Positions 10,962 through 20,718 of a stretch of 64,000 nt of DNA are shown in pieces (position 1 is the first letter of the stretch; every line of letters begins with the position of its first letter). The notes under the pieces were generated by a model. The model saw only the letters and a program-made list of their open reading frames with translations, ran no database searches and had not been told where the DNA came from. Source of the stretch: an uncultured Candidatus Saccharibacteria bacterium (GTDB lineage: Bacteria > Patescibacteriota > WWE3 > UBA101185 > UBA10185); contig CAYLMU010000001.1 in NCBI GenBank assembly GCA_964385105.1, forward strand, positions 369,936 through 433,935, read 5' to 3'. Both the position numbers and the translations under genes were made by a program.

Positions 10962-11387
10962 GTGATAAGTGTGAAATTAAATAATAAATTAGAATCTATT
11001 GTAAACAAATTCAAAAAAGACAATCCGAATGCTAACTGGAAAAATTTAATTACCGGTATTTTAATTATTATTATTGCAGGTTTATTTAGCGTTTGGTATT
11101 TGTCAAATAATGCTCAGCAGGCAGAGTTAATAACTGATGTTTCAAACCAATCCCCTGAGCTAATACTTGAAGAAAATTCATTAAACGGAAATAGCGCTGT
11201 TCAAAGTGTTAATGATGGAGAAACGGTAGTTGTTGAAGCTCGTGAGGGCTTATGGCATGTGGCAAAAAGAGTTTGCGGGGATGGTGAAGCTTACAGATAT
11301 ATGGCTCAAGCAAACAATTTAAATGTTCGAAATGCAAGGCTTGCTGTAGGTCAGGAATTAGTGGTAAAGTGCGGACCTTCTGATTAA
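10962..11387 (+). CDS. LysM-domain membrane protein
   Basis: N-terminal TM helix and a C-terminal LysM-like motif (GLWHVAKRVCGDGEAYRYMAQANNL...LAVGQELVV). Confidence 0.55.
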   Translation: MISVKLNNKLESIVNKFKKDNPNANWKNLITGILIIIIAGLFSVWYLSNNAQQAELITDVSNQSPELILEENSLNGNSAVQSVNDGETVVVEAREGLWHVAKRVCGDGEAYRYMAQANNLNVRNARLAVGQELVVKCGPSD

Positions 11388-11468
11388 CTTATATGTCGGC
11401 TTTTCTAACTTTCTGCCCGGTTAGAAAATGCTTTACAAACCCGAATATTCCCCGTAAAATGATGGGGT

Positions 11469-14444
11469 ATGTCATCAGCACTCGACCATATAATTGTTAA
11501 GGGAGCCAGAGAGCATAACCTTAAAAATATAGATTTAGAAATTCCAAAAAATAAGTTTGTGGTGTTTACCGGTGTATCCGGTTCGGGCAAGTCTTCATTT
11601 GCCATGGACACGATTTATGCCGAAGGGCAAAGACGTTATGTTGAAAGTTTATCAGCGTATGCCAGACAATTTTTAGGTGTAATGGGCAAACCTGATGTTG
11701 ACAGTATTGAAGGTCTTTCTCCCGCAATAGCAATAGACCAAAAAACAACATCCAAGAATCCCAGGTCGACCGTTGGAACTATTACCGAAGTATATGATTT
11801 TTTAAGGTTGTTGTATGCACGAGCAGGTCATCCTTATTGTCCTCAATGCGGCAGAGAAATAAGCCGACAAAGTTCTGAGCAAATACTTCATTCCATAATT
11901 GAAATTATAAAATCCGACCCTGATTATAAATCACATCGGGGAGTCAGATTTATTTTAATGTCGCCTATTGTTAAAGATAGAAAAGGCGAGTATTCACAAT
12001 TATTATCAAATTTAAAAAAGCAAGGAATAGCCAGAGCCAGAATTGACGGTACAATAAGAAATTTAAATGATTCACTTCACTTGATTAAAACTAATAAACA
12101 CAGCATTGACGCAATTATAAGCAGACAAATAATAAATCATAAAAAACTTGAAGATGAAGAAGAACGAAAGCAACTTGAAAGCACTTTATATCAAAATATT
12201 GAAACCGCTTTAAAAATGAGTAATGGTAATGTAACTTTATCTATTGTTAAAGACAATGATTTTGATTTTGCATCCGATCCCAAAGACTTGGTAGATCATT
12301 TGTTTTCTGAGAATTTTGCCTGCCCTGAATGTAATATTTCTTTGCAGGACTTGGAACCAAGAAGTTTTTCATTTAATTCACCTCATGGAGCTTGCCCTGA
12401 ATGTGACGGGTTGGGAACTCAGCTAAATGTAAGTGAAGAATTAATTTTAAACAAAAACTTTTCGATTGCAGAGGGTGGGATATTGCCGTGGAATAAACTT
12501 TTTGAACGTGATTCCTGGATGTCAAAAGTGATTGGGGCTGTAGCAGATGAGCATGGACTTCCTTTAAACACACCGATTAAAGATTTGAGTGAGAAACATT
12601 TGAACTTGGTACTTTATGGGCCTGAAAATAAAGAAAGAAAATATACTATTCGTTATAAAACCAGAAGTGGTGCTGTTAATACCTATGAAGCATCATATGA
12701 AGGGGTTATTCCTAATTTGTTAAGAAGACACAAAGAAACAAAGTCAGATTATATTAGGCGTGAGATTGAAAAATATATGATTCAGGAGAATTGCCCTAAA
12801 TGTCACGGAACAAGATTAAAAGACGAATCTCTAGCTGTGGTTGTAGACGGTAAAAATATATGGGAAGTAACCGATTACTCAATTGAGGAGTTTTGGGCAT
12901 GGTCAAAAGTTCTTAACGAAAAATTAAGTGAAAGGGAACGCATAATATCAGAGCCGATTATGAAAGAGATAAACTATAGAATTAAGTTTTTGCTTGATGT
13001 TGGTTTAAGTTATTTAAGTTTAAGCCGTGCGTCTGCACATTTATCTGGTGGGGAGGCACAAAGAATAAGACTAGCATCACAGATCGGCTCAGGATTGTCG
13101 GGAGTTTTGTATGTACTTGATGAACCCTCGATTGGGCTTCATCAGCGTGACCAAGGAAGATTAATTGAAACCTTAAAACATCTAAGAGATTTAGGAAACA
13201 CGGTCGTAGTTGTTGAACATGACATGGAAACAATGCTTGAAAGTGACTTTATTGTGGACTTTGGCCCCGGTGCCGGAGAACATGGTGGCGAGGTTATTGC
13301 CAGAGGTACTCCCGATGAAATAAAAAAAGATTCTGATTCAATAACCGGAAAGTATTTGTCGGGCAAGAAGAAAGTTGGACATGACATAACGCCGAAAAAA
13401 ATAGATTTACATGATGAAGAAAACGGTAAAGTGAAAGAAAAAATTAAAAATCAATCAATAATGCTATATGGTGCAAAAGGAAGAAATTTGAAAAATATTG
13501 ATGTTGAATTGCCTCTTGGGAAATTTATTTGTGTTACGGGTGTTTCAGGTTCGGGAAAATCAACATTGATAATGGATACTTTTTATACAGCACTAAGACA
13601 GGAATTTGGATTAAAAATTGAGCAAAGACCGGAACCACACGATGGATTAATAGGGCTTGAATATATAGATAAAATTATTGCCATTGACCAAACACCAATC
13701 GGAAGAACCCCCAAATCAAACCCTGCAACATACACAAAGGCATTTGACGGAATTAGAGAATTATTTGCCAAAACGGAAGACGCAAGAGTTAGAGGGTATA
13801 AAGCAGGTAGGTTTAGTTTTAATGTTAAAGGAGGAAGATGCGAAGCATGTGGTGGTCAGGGGCAGATTCAAATAGAAATGCAGTTTATGCCTGATGTATT
13901 CATAAATTGTGAGGTATGTGAAGGTAAAAGATATAATCGTGAGGCTTTGGAAATTATGTACAAAGGCAAAAACATAAGTGATGTGCTGGATATGACTGTA
14001 GAAGAAGCACTTGAATTTTTTAAAAATGTACCGTCAATACACCGAAAGCTTGAAACACTTTATGACGTTGGTCTGGGATATATTAGGCTTGGACAGCCTG
14101 CACCCACACTTTCAGGTGGAGAGGCGCAAAGGGTTAAACTTGCACTTGAACTCTCAAAACAGGCAAGAGGTAGTACTTTATACATATTGGATGAGCCTAC
14201 AACAGGACTTCATTTTAAAGATCTTGAAAGGTTAATAGCTATTATAAAAAGACTAAAAGCAAAAGGTAATACTGTGTTGGTTATTGAACACAATCTTGAT
14301 GTTATTGCCAATGCAGAATGGATTATTGATTTTGGCCCCGAAGGCGGCGACGCAGGAGGTCAAGTGGTTTTTTCCGGGCCACTGGACGAGCTATTAAAAG
14401 TAGAAAACTCATACACAGCCCAGTCGCTAAGAGAGTTAAGCTGA
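11469..14444 (+). CDS. uvrA: excinuclease ABC subunit A
   Basis: 991 aa with two ABC ATPase modules (two Walker A motifs GVSGSGKSS and GVSGSGKST, two LSGGE signatures) and Zn-finger CxxC pairs. Confidence 0.95.
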   Translation: MSSALDHIIVKGAREHNLKNIDLEIPKNKFVVFTGVSGSGKSSFAMDTIYAEGQRRYVESLSAYARQFLGVMGKPDVDSIEGLSPAIAIDQKTTSKNPRSTVGTITEVYDFLRLLYARAGHPYCPQCGREISRQSSEQILHSIIEIIKSDPDYKSHRGVRFILMSPIVKDRKGEYSQLLSNLKKQGIARARIDGTIRNLNDSLHLIKTNKHSIDAIISRQIINHKKLEDEEERKQLESTLYQNIETALKMSNGNVTLSIVKDNDFDFASDPKDLVDHLFSENFACPECNISLQDLEPRSFSFNSPHGACPECDGLGTQLNVSEELILNKNFSIAEGGILPWNKLFERDSWMSKVIGAVADEHGLPLNTPIKDLSEKHLNLVLYGPENKERKYTIRYKTRSGAVNTYEASYEGVIPNLLRRHKETKSDYIRREIEKYMIQENCPKCHGTRLKDESLAVVVDGKNIWEVTDYSIEEFWAWSKVLNEKLSERERIISEPIMKEINYRIKFLLDVGLSYLSLSRASAHLSGGEAQRIRLASQIGSGLSGVLYVLDEPSIGLHQRDQGRLIETLKHLRDLGNTVVVVEHDMETMLESDFIVDFGPGAGEHGGEVIARGTPDEIKKDSDSITGKYLSGKKKVGHDITPKKIDLHDEENGKVKEKIKNQSIMLYGAKGRNLKNIDVELPLGKFICVTGVSGSGKSTLIMDTFYTALRQEFGLKIEQRPEPHDGLIGLEYIDKIIAIDQTPIGRTPKSNPATYTKAFDGIRELFAKTEDARVRGYKAGRFSFNVKGGRCEACGGQGQIQIEMQFMPDVFINCEVCEGKRYNREALEIMYKGKNISDVLDMTVEEALEFFKNVPSIHRKLETLYDVGLGYIRLGQPAPTLSGGEAQRVKLALELSKQARGSTLYILDEPTTGLHFKDLERLIAIIKRLKAKGNTVLVIEHNLDVIANAEWIIDFGPEGGDAGGQVVFSGPLDELLKVENSYTAQSLRELS

Positions 14445-16230
14445 CATAGAATAATTCTTTAGACTCAGAAGATTTTGATTTTTTAACGGTTATGGTATCA
14501 ATATTAAACGGTGTTGCATTATTTGTAGCATCTCTTATTAGTATGACGGATTCACCTTTGTTCAAATATATGTACTTATTTTCACCAGGAAGTACCGGAA
14601 CTCTTGCACCGTTATCGTTGTAGTAAATTACTGAGAGCCCCCCATTGTGTAAATTGTATCTATTTTGCTGATTTAAAACTTTAACTGGATTAAAGTTAAA
14701 AATTTCTCTCAGTTCGGGTCTTGGTAAAAAGTCACTTTCACTTACTTTTTGTGAAAAATCAACTTCTACCTGTTTTTCATTACCGTCTAATTTGTATGTA
14801 CCCGCAGGGAATGGAAATTCGGAATCAAGACCTTTTATTGAGAATGCAAAGTGATTAGTATCAAGTTTAGTGAAATAATCGATTCCTGAAGTTGCACCCC
14901 ACGTTGGATCAACAGGTACCCATCCGAACTCCGTGTCATAAAATTCAGCCCATGAGTGTAGCTGATCTCCGCCTTGCAAACTAATGGATATTGGAGTTTT
15001 TGTATTCCCTTCACTTACAAAGGCATATCCATTAATTTCTCTGGCAGGTATACCCATTGCTCTTACAATCGAAATAAACAAGTCAGTAAATTCCATGCAC
15101 CCGTTTTTTAATTTAGGAGATTTTAAGGCTTCCAAGGCGCCCTTTCTTTCAACATATGGTTCATTCAAAATATCAAAGTCATAAGTTAAATTATTTATTA
15201 CAAAACTGTATGCATTTTGAGCATTTTCGGCAGCACTTATTTGCGGGTCAAAAAGCTTTGTAGCAATCTCTTTAATTTGCGGATTATTAACTTCCCAGTA
15301 TTTATCTTCATTTGTATATTTTTTAATTAAGTCTGCTGGAATTTGTTCTTTTTTTACACCATAATGGGGTTTTATCTGCTGACCCAAAATTCTTGCAGTA
15401 CCTATGGCCGTTACTTCAATTTGTTCCTTGCCTTTTAAACGGTAAACTGCAATTGTGTTGCCATCTTGATCTGTTTTTAATGAGTGTGGTTTTGGTTCTA
15501 AACTTTTGTATGCAACCTGTTGAACATTTACCATGTCGGGGGGTAGAGCTATTTCTTGAGATGAGGTAAAGTATGATGGATTCTGGAGTGAATATTTAAG
15601 TTTAAAATTTAGCACCTGATACTCACCAAAGGATGCAGTTAAACCGGTATCTTTTAGTGTTTCCATGTCAAATTTGTAAAAAATTTCATTAACTTCTTCT
15701 ATTTTTTCAGTCGGGCTTGGGGATACAAATTTTTCAGGACCGAAACCCGCAGGTATAGAAAGAACCACATTGTATGAAGTAGTTGACGGAAGCATTGTTA
15801 CTTTTGGAATAGTGACGCTCCACACTTCGCCTACTTTTGAGGTCAAATCCATGGTTTTATAATTAATTGTAAATTGGGTCTTTTTACCCTGGCCAATGAC
15901 ATTCCGATCAAAAATTACCTTAATGGTGGTACTGTCAGTTGTTTCATTTACTTCTGTTTGCAACGGAGCTTTTTGTGCCGATTCAGCCGTGATGTCATGA
16001 ATTGCCATTTGATTTACGGTTAGATAGTAATTTGTGGCAACAACATCACTTTCCTGGTTTGTTATTGTGATATCTTGTGTAACTTCTGTAATTCCGTCTG
16101 GCAGAACCTTATATAAAATAGAATAATCCGCCGAAAATTGTTCTTGTGCATATAAACCGCGGGGTAATACACTAATTAACAATGCTGTAATAACGTAAAT
16201 TAGTTTTCTCACAAGACCATGATACAACAT
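14323..16230 (-). CDS. exported transglutaminase-like (Cys-protease fold) protein with C-terminal membrane anchor
   Basis: Signal-peptide-like N-terminus (MLYHGLVRKLIYVITALLISVLPRGLYAQ). It has the transglutaminase core NGCMEFTDLFISIVRAMGIPAREINGY with downstream His/Asp, and a C-terminal TM helix. The longest ORF starts at 16302, but that overlaps uvrC, so the Met at 16230 is preferred. The 3' end overlaps the uvrA 3' end by 122 nt. Confidence 0.6.
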   Translation of the reverse strand: MLYHGLVRKLIYVITALLISVLPRGLYAQEQFSADYSILYKVLPDGITEVTQDITITNQESDVVATNYYLTVNQMAIHDITAESAQKAPLQTEVNETTDSTTIKVIFDRNVIGQGKKTQFTINYKTMDLTSKVGEVWSVTIPKVTMLPSTTSYNVVLSIPAGFGPEKFVSPSPTEKIEEVNEIFYKFDMETLKDTGLTASFGEYQVLNFKLKYSLQNPSYFTSSQEIALPPDMVNVQQVAYKSLEPKPHSLKTDQDGNTIAVYRLKGKEQIEVTAIGTARILGQQIKPHYGVKKEQIPADLIKKYTNEDKYWEVNNPQIKEIATKLFDPQISAAENAQNAYSFVINNLTYDFDILNEPYVERKGALEALKSPKLKNGCMEFTDLFISIVRAMGIPAREINGYAFVSEGNTKTPISISLQGGDQLHSWAEFYDTEFGWVPVDPTWGATSGIDYFTKLDTNHFAFSIKGLDSEFPFPAGTYKLDGNEKQVEVDFSQKVSESDFLPRPELREIFNFNPVKVLNQQNRYNLHNGGLSVIYYNDNGARVPVLPGENKYIYLNKGESVILIRDATNNATPFNIDTITVKKSKSSESKELFYVSLTLLATGLCMSFLLLIARPVARKKPLDLLRRRLRGQNQ

Positions 16231-16262
16231 TTCTAATTTTAAGGTGATAAAATGCGAATGAT

Positions 16263-17606
16263 ATGAGAAGTATGTTAATGAAAAAAGTAAATAATCTTCC
16301 AAAAAGCTCCGGGATATATAAATTCATCAATAGTGAGGGTGTTGTAATTTATATTGGCAAAGCTAAAAACTTAAAATCCAGGGTTAATTCGTACTTTAAT
16401 ACAGGTATAGACAAACTCTCAAAAACTGGCATTTTGGTGAGCCAAATTGCCGACCTTGAATATATTGAAACAATATCAGAGCTTGAGGCACTTATACTTG
16501 AGGCGGAGTTAATTAAAAAGCATCGTCCAAAATATAATATCGTTCTTAAAGATGACAAGTCATACTTGTATATTGTTATTAGAAACGAAAAGGTGGAAAT
16601 AAACGGCAAAAAAGTAAAATTGCCTAAAATATTATCTGTTAGAGCAACCGATGTTTATGAAGATGACATTGTTTTTGGCCCATACCCTAATACAAATACT
16701 GCAAGATATATTTTAAGAACTATAAGAAGAATTTTTCCGTACAGAGATTGCAGTGTTTCCAAGTTTAATAGGTACAAGCGTATTAATAGGCCTTGTTTAT
16801 ATGGTTACATAGGAGTTTGTCAGGCTCCGTGTGTTGGCAGAATTACTCCGCAAAAATATCGAACCGAAATAAAAAGAATTGAAAGTCTCTTGTCAGGTGA
16901 AAGTTCAAAGATTACCTGGGATCTTGAGCGAAAAATGAAAGCTGCATCAAAAAATCAGGATTTTGAAAAAGCTGCGTGGTACAGAGATATTTTGGAAAAA
17001 TTTAAATACGTAAGAAATACAACACGTTCGCCTGAATCATACATAGAAAATCCTTATTTAGTACAGGATATTCGTGAGAAATCGTTACAGGAGTTAAGTG
17101 ACAATATTGAAATTTTATCTGATATACCAGAGAGAATAGAATGTTATGATATTTCAAATTTATCAGGAACTGATGCAGTGGGGTCAATGGTAGTGGCGCT
17201 TGACGGTGTAATTCAAAATAGTGAATATCGACGATTTAAAATTAAAAGAAAAAAAACTCCGGATGATTTTGATATGATGAATGAAGTTTTGGGTAGGCGC
17301 TTAAAGCGTGAAATATCTACCGTTCACAAAGTAAAAAAGTGGGGCATGCCGGATTTAATTGTTGTGGACGGAGGAAAAGGTCAGGTTTCTGCGGCAATTA
17401 AAGTATTAGACAAGCTGAACTTAAACATTCCGGTTATAGGTTTGGCAAAAAAACATGAGATTATTGTTTATTTTTATAATGAGGAGTTTGTTGAGCTTGA
17501 GTTGCCCCGAGATAATGAAGGGCTTAAACTATTACAGCGATTACGGAACGAAGCACATAGATTTGCCCAAGCCTATCATCATAAGCTAAGATTAAACAGA
17601 ATATGA
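16263..17606 (+). CDS. uvrC: excinuclease ABC subunit C, short form lacking the C-terminal (HhH)2 domain
   Basis: GIY-YIG motif (SSGIYKFINSEGVVIYIGKAKNLKSRVNSYF), a UvrB-interaction region and an RNase-H-like endonuclease domain. It is only 447 aa, whereas typical UvrC is about 600 aa. Confidence 0.85.
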   Translation: MRSMLMKKVNNLPKSSGIYKFINSEGVVIYIGKAKNLKSRVNSYFNTGIDKLSKTGILVSQIADLEYIETISELEALILEAELIKKHRPKYNIVLKDDKSYLYIVIRNEKVEINGKKVKLPKILSVRATDVYEDDIVFGPYPNTNTARYILRTIRRIFPYRDCSVSKFNRYKRINRPCLYGYIGVCQAPCVGRITPQKYRTEIKRIESLLSGESSKITWDLERKMKAASKNQDFEKAAWYRDILEKFKYVRNTTRSPESYIENPYLVQDIREKSLQELSDNIEILSDIPERIECYDISNLSGTDAVGSMVVALDGVIQNSEYRRFKIKRKKTPDDFDMMNEVLGRRLKREISTVHKVKKWGMPDLIVVDGGKGQVSAAIKVLDKLNLNIPVIGLAKKHEIIVYFYNEEFVELELPRDNEGLKLLQRLRNEAHRFAQAYHHKLRLNRI

Positions 17607-18037
17607 AAACACTGCTCAGAACATTTGTTTTTTCTTTTCTTGCCCTTTATTTCACCAGGTTAATTGTTGATAGTATGGTTTTTGGCGGAAATTATAATAT
17701 TACTCTTTTATTAGTTTTGTTGGCACTTACTTTATTGAATTTGTTTCTTGAACCCATACTCAAAATTGTTTCGCTCCCTCAACGAGGGCTGGCGGGTCTT
17801 TTTTTAAGATTTATGCTAACAGCTTTAATTTTTTTTGTATTATCGTATATGCTGCCAACATTTAAAGTAGTTTCTGCAGAGGTATCGGAGTTGATAATAT
17901 TGGGAATTGTGCTACCATCTAAGAGTCTGTCTAAAGCCTGGTCTTTGGTGTATTCAGCATTGTTATTTACTGTTATTTACAGTTTTTTTATGTGGGTAAC
18001 CAAAGGAAAAATTAAAACAAAGGGCAAAAAGAAATGA
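17603..18037 (+). CDS. small integral membrane protein (4 TM, DUF360/holin-superfamily-IV-like)
   Basis: Hydrophobic 144-aa protein with four predicted helices. Its start overlaps the uvrC stop by 4 nt. Confidence 0.45.
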   Translation: MKTLLRTFVFSFLALYFTRLIVDSMVFGGNYNITLLLVLLALTLLNLFLEPILKIVSLPQRGLAGLFLRFMLTALIFFVLSYMLPTFKVVSAEVSELIILGIVLPSKSLSKAWSLVYSALLFTVIYSFFMWVTKGKIKTKGKKK

Positions 18038-18258
18038 GCTTATTATACGTTTCAAAGATAATTCAAATAGTTGTGTCCGTAGTTTTGGTTTTATTGGTTT
18101 TAATCCAAGGAAAAGGCGGGGGATTGTCTAGTTCGGTTGGAGGTTCGATTACTTTTTACAGGTCAAAAAGAGGAATTGAAAAAACCGTATTTATTTTAAC
18201 TATAGTATTGGGTATAGCTTTAATTGTAAACTCGCTGTTCATACTATATTTAAGCTAA
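18034..18258 (+). CDS. secG: preprotein translocase subunit SecG
   Basis: 74 aa with two TM helices flanking a Gly-rich loop (LIQGKGGGLSSSVGG), the characteristic SecG pattern. Confidence 0.7.
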   Translation: MSLLYVSKIIQIVVSVVLVLLVLIQGKGGGLSSSVGGSITFYRSKRGIEKTVFILTIVLGIALIVNSLFILYLS

Positions 18259-19598
18259 TGGCTTCTATTCAAATACAGGGCGGGATTCCATTAAACGGTT
18301 CCGTAAAAATATCAGGCGCAAAAAATTCAGCACTTAAATTATTGCATGCTTGCATGTTTTCTAATGATGATGTGATTTTAAATAATGTTCCTCGTATAAA
18401 AAACATTGAAGTTGACATGGAAATTTTAAAATCAATCGGAGGTACGGCTGAATGGCTTGGTAGTAATAGGATTAGATTAAACGGTTCAGGCATTGAGTCT
18501 TATGAAGTTCCTTATGAGCTTGGGTCTAAATATAGAACAGCATCGCTACTGGCAGCTCCGCTTGTGTACAGATTTGGTAAGGCAAAAATTCCATTACCGG
18601 GCGGGTGCAAAATAGGATACAGACCAATAAATCGCTGGATTGAGACGTGGAAAATATTGGGGATGAAAGTTACTGAAGATGACAACTTTGTTTATATTGA
18701 AGCCGAAAGACCTGTGGGTAATGATGTAAATTTTAAAATAAACACACATTCAGGAACTGATAATGCTATTTTATCTGCTGTTTTTGCTGAGGGTGAAACT
18801 ACCATATATAACGCGGCCGAAGAACCCGAAGTTGATGATTTAATTAATTTATTCAATTCAATGGGCGCCGAAATTAAGAGAATTGAGCCAAGAATTATAA
18901 AAATAACTGGAACAAAGCATTTTCACGGCACAGAGTTTACGGTTCAACCTGACAGGTCAGAAGTAGTTACTTATGCTATAGCTGCTTTAATGACAAAAGG
19001 CAATGTCACGATTTCAGGAGTCGAAAAAGCAACTTTATTGGCTTTTACAAGTGTTTTAAGCAAGATAGGTGGAAAATTTGAATTTAACGGAGATGAAATG
19101 AAAGTTTGGTATCAGGGTGATAGCTTTGAACCTGTAAACGTGACAACAGCTCCGGCTCCCGGCTTTATGACAGATTGGCAACCATTAATTACTCTATTAT
19201 TAACACAAGCTGAAGGCGTAAGTTATGTGCATGACACGGTTTACACCGACCGATTCGGGTATACAAAAGATTTAAACAGGATGGGAGCAAATATTGAATT
19301 AATCAAACCTTCAGATTTAAATGTTGACCTTGTAATTAGCGATGATTCATACGATTTGGAAAAATTGGGAGAACCCAAAACAATAGCAAAAATAACCGGT
19401 AAAACAGATCTGACTGGCGCGCAGTTAAAAATACCGGATTTAAGAGCAGGTGCAACTCTTGTTATTGCCGCACTCTCAGCCGACGGTGTAAGCGAATTGA
19501 CCGGATATGAACATGTAGTTAGAGGTTACGAAAACTTTGCCGATAAATTAACAAAACTTGGTGCCGTTATTGAAGTTTTAGACGATGAATCTAAATAG
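18258..19598 (+). CDS. murA: UDP-N-acetylglucosamine 1-carboxyvinyltransferase
   Basis: 446-aa EPT-family protein. The N-terminus GSVKISGAKNSALKLL is conserved, with the active-site loop region. Confidence 0.9.
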   Translation: MASIQIQGGIPLNGSVKISGAKNSALKLLHACMFSNDDVILNNVPRIKNIEVDMEILKSIGGTAEWLGSNRIRLNGSGIESYEVPYELGSKYRTASLLAAPLVYRFGKAKIPLPGGCKIGYRPINRWIETWKILGMKVTEDDNFVYIEAERPVGNDVNFKINTHSGTDNAILSAVFAEGETTIYNAAEEPEVDDLINLFNSMGAEIKRIEPRIIKITGTKHFHGTEFTVQPDRSEVVTYAIAALMTKGNVTISGVEKATLLAFTSVLSKIGGKFEFNGDEMKVWYQGDSFEPVNVTTAPAPGFMTDWQPLITLLLTQAEGVSYVHDTVYTDRFGYTKDLNRMGANIELIKPSDLNVDLVISDDSYDLEKLGEPKTIAKITGKTDLTGAQLKIPDLRAGATLVIAALSADGVSELTGYEHVVRGYENFADKLTKLGAVIEVLDDESK

Positions 19599-19615
19599 TT
19601 TGATATACTTTAGTT

Positions 19616-20707
19616 ATGCTTAATCAGCTCCTTTACTTTTTTATTACCTGTACAGTAACATTTGCGCTTTACCCGATATGGATTAATTTTGTTTATAAAT
19701 TTCAGATGCGCGAAAAAATTCGTACTGAAGGACCTGAAACTCACTTAAAAAAACAAGGAACTCCAACAATGGGAGGTTTTGTATTTATTTTTACGGTGTC
19801 TGTTATAACATTATTATTTAACCGTTCGCGAACTCAAACCTTATTACCTGTTTTAATTGCTTCTATGGCAGGATTGTTTGGTATTTTAGAAGATTTTTCA
19901 AAAGTTTACAAAACGTCTGATTTAAGGGAAATTTTAAGATTGCGCAGAAGAACTAGCAAAGTATTAGACCCGGCTTATAAAGTAACACGGAACATTCCGG
20001 TAATTTCTGCTGTGTGGAAGGGTTTTAAAGAACTTTCAAGAATTGTGGGCAGTTCTTCGGGGCGGGGAATTCAAACTTACCAAAAATTTCTTATTCAATG
20101 GATTATTGCAGGTTTTGTATCATATTGGACATATTTTAAGTTGGGCTGGGATTATATATGGTTTCCTTTAATCGGCAATGTTCATATAGGGTGGCTGTAT
20201 CCCATTTTTATTTTTATATTATTTTTGACGGTATTGAATTTTGTAGCATTTACCGACGGTTTGGACGGTTTAGCCGGAGGATTGGCTATAATTACGTTTG
20301 CAGCCTATTGGGTTTTAGCTTCTCAACTTGGGTATAATTCACTGGCACTATTGGCAGCAACATTTGTAGGTGCTTTATTGCCATTTTTATATTTTAATGT
20401 TCATCCCGCGCGAATATTTATGGGAGATGTGGGATCGCACGTTTTAGGAGCTTCATTAGGACTTTTTGCCGTAGTTATGCATCGTGAGGTTGCACTTTTG
20501 GCAATTTTAGCAGTATTTTTAGCAGACGGTATTTCAAGCCCATTACAGCAATTATCAGTAAAATTAACAAAAAAAAGGTTATTTAGAATGGCGCCTTTGC
20601 ATCATCATTTTGAAATGCTTGGATGGCCTGAAACAAAAGTAACTTTAAGATTCTGGATTTTTGGTGCCTGGTTTGCACTCCTAGGAATTTTTATTGCCTT
20701 GTTGTAA
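19616..20707 (+). CDS. mraY: phospho-N-acetylmuramoyl-pentapeptide transferase
   Basis: Polyprenyl-phosphate transferase family with the GTPTMGG motif, the DD motif region and a C-terminal His-rich loop (PLHHHFE). Confidence 0.9.
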   Translation: MLNQLLYFFITCTVTFALYPIWINFVYKFQMREKIRTEGPETHLKKQGTPTMGGFVFIFTVSVITLLFNRSRTQTLLPVLIASMAGLFGILEDFSKVYKTSDLREILRLRRRTSKVLDPAYKVTRNIPVISAVWKGFKELSRIVGSSSGRGIQTYQKFLIQWIIAGFVSYWTYFKLGWDYIWFPLIGNVHIGWLYPIFIFILFLTVLNFVAFTDGLDGLAGGLAIITFAAYWVLASQLGYNSLALLAATFVGALLPFLYFNVHPARIFMGDVGSHVLGASLGLFAVVMHREVALLAILAVFLADGISSPLQQLSVKLTKKRLFRMAPLHHHFEMLGWPETKVTLRFWIFGAWFALLGIFIALL

Positions 20708-20718
20708 CATAAATTTGC

